Source: Verrucomicrobiota bacterium
GTDB lineage: Bacteria > Verrucomicrobiota > Verrucomicrobiia > Opitutales > Seribacteraceae
NCBI GenBank assembly: GCA_027622665.1
Contig: JAQBYT010000018.1
Location: forward strand, 1 to 64,000
Direction: 5' to 3'
Length of the DNA stretch: 64,000 nucleotides
The stretch's first letter is position 1; every line of letters starts with the position of its first letter. Positions 62,761 through 64,000 of the stretch are shown here, one piece after another. The translations under genes were made by a program, and so were the position numbers. Under the pieces are notes generated by a model. The model was not told the DNA's origin. It did no database searches and saw only the letters and a list, made by a program, of their open reading frames with translations.

Positions 62761-64000
62761 ATACTGATCTTGAAAAAAAACTTCTAATCGGCAAGAAGTG
62801 CTGCAAGTTGGCAACTAAAGCGGGTTTGCTCTATTCCAATGAAATAGAACAAGAGCTAGTAAGAGTAGGTCAATCAATTCCATTCATTTGCTCAAGTCGA
62901 TATGACGAGGGGTCAAACCTCCACATAATGACCGAAGCGTTTCAAACCGGAGGGCATACTAGAGTCTGTGAGCGTTGGATTGAGTTTGCCGGCAATCATG
63001 AGACTCACTCGCTCCTACTGACTGGTCAACAAAACGCCCCCACACCGCAATCACTAGAAAAGGTCGTCCATGAGAAACGGGGTAAAGTTTATACTCTTAA
63101 TCCCACCCCCCTTGCGAAAATAGAAGAGATACGAGAAATAGCATCAAATTTTGAAAAAGTTATATTACACATACACGCCGATGATCTAGTAACATTTATT
63201 GCATTTGCTACAAACAGCTTTAAGAGGCCTATTCTTTTCTTCAACCATCTAGATCATGTATTTTGGATTGGAACTGCAATTTCAGACGTGGTTGTAAATC
63301 TTCGGTCTTCAGCGGTTAAAGAATCAAGCATCTACAGGTTCGCACAAAAGAATAGTTTTCTACCATTGCCCATTAAAAAGCCGAAATCTAGCTCGCGGAA
63401 GGAGAATGCCTCCCTAAGAAGAAAATTGAACATAAACAAAGATGCCAAAGTGGCTATCACTTTAGCAGCAAGTGAAAAATACACCCCAATTCAGGGCTAT
63501 GATTTTGTTGGGGACTTCATTGAAATACTAAGCAAGCATAGGAATTTGCATCTCATTGCAATAGGACCTTCGCGTGCTGAAAGAAGGTGGATGGATGCTC
63601 AGGCAATCACTGGCAACAGAATCAAAGCTATTGGCAGAATTCCCCATGAAGAATTATCAGATTATCTTTCTCTAGCCGATTTTGCGATTGATAGCTACCC
63701 CATGCCTTCATTTACCGCTCTCTTGGATGTTTCTTCTTACGGAATCCCATGTTTTACTTTGCTTACACCATTTGGCACAATGGATAGTGTTATCAATAGT
63801 GACTCGATCTGTTTAAGCAAACAAGAGCTTTACGATGAAATTGACAAACTACTCGCATCGGGAAAGGGGACCAATCTCTTTAAAAAGATAAAAAACTCCC
63901 ACTTTCGAGAGGCTTTTTTATTGAACTTGAAAAATGTAATGCAAGAGGTTCCTGTTTCTCATAAAGTATATGAAAACTTGAATTGCACTCGCAAGGAAAT
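62724..64000 (+). CDS. Partial GT-B glycosyltransferase-like ORF (not in the ORF track, runs off the window)
   Basis: My translation is open from the ATG at 62724 to the window end: LHIMTEAFQTGGHTRVCERWI...FNHLDHVFWIG...ADFAIDSYPMPSFTALLDVSSYGIP. The true start is uncertain. Confidence 0.75.
   Translation, partial: MNQQQRLSSHPPHTDLEKKLLIGKKCCKLATKAGLLYSNEIEQELVRVGQSIPFICSSRYDEGSNLHIMTEAFQTGGHTRVCERWIEFAGNHETHSLLLTGQQNAPTPQSLEKVVHEKRGKVYTLNPTPLAKIEEIREIASNFEKVILHIHADDLVTFIAFATNSFKRPILFFNHLDHVFWIGTAISDVVVNLRSSAVKESSIYRFAQKNSFLPLPIKKPKSSSRKENASLRRKLNINKDAKVAITLAASEKYTPIQGYDFVGDFIEILSKHRNLHLIAIGPSRAERRWMDAQAITGNRIKAIGRIPHEELSDYLSLADFAIDSYPMPSFTALLDVSSYGIPCFTLLTPFGTMDSVINSDSICLSKQELYDEIDKLLASGKGTNLFKKIKNSHFREAFLLNLKNVMQEVPVSHKVYENLNCTRKE

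Noticed and set aside
1..64000. CRISPR array, tRNA or IS element
   Set aside because: I noticed no regularly spaced direct repeats, cloverleaf or transposase by eye. Short elements could have been missed.

Overview
This is a bacterial chromosomal window. The gene repertoire and protein style suggest Verrucomicrobiota/Opitutales, which is my inference. The left arm (1-9.5 kb, + strand) encodes a secreted W-rich protein, an outer-membrane beta-barrel, a lipid cluster (CrtI-like FAD oxidoreductase, FabZ, FabI, OleA, OleB), XerC and YceI. From 9.5 to 14.2 kb there are two Cys-type sulfatases, a Tat-exported intradiol dioxygenase-like gene and a ~590-nt highly structured noncoding segment that has a boxA-like leader and its own terminator (candidate large ornate ncRNA). 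The centre is one ~40-kb ORF encoding a ~13,400-aa secreted multidomain protein (LamG, PA14, DUF2341, Ig/FN3-like, Gly-rich, MBG). Two features of that protein stand out: domains are repeatedly nested inside other domains, and it is strongly enriched in D/E-x-N-x-S/T sequons, the PglB-type N-glycosylation consensus. The right arm carries fabD, NYN, DUF2851 and HTH-MBL genes, then an AT-richer glycosyltransferase/methyltransferase cluster with a 5'-truncated TylF fragment and a partial GT-B ORF missing from the ORF track. All domain calls come from motif recognition by eye, and counts and intragenic coordinates are approximate manual estimates.
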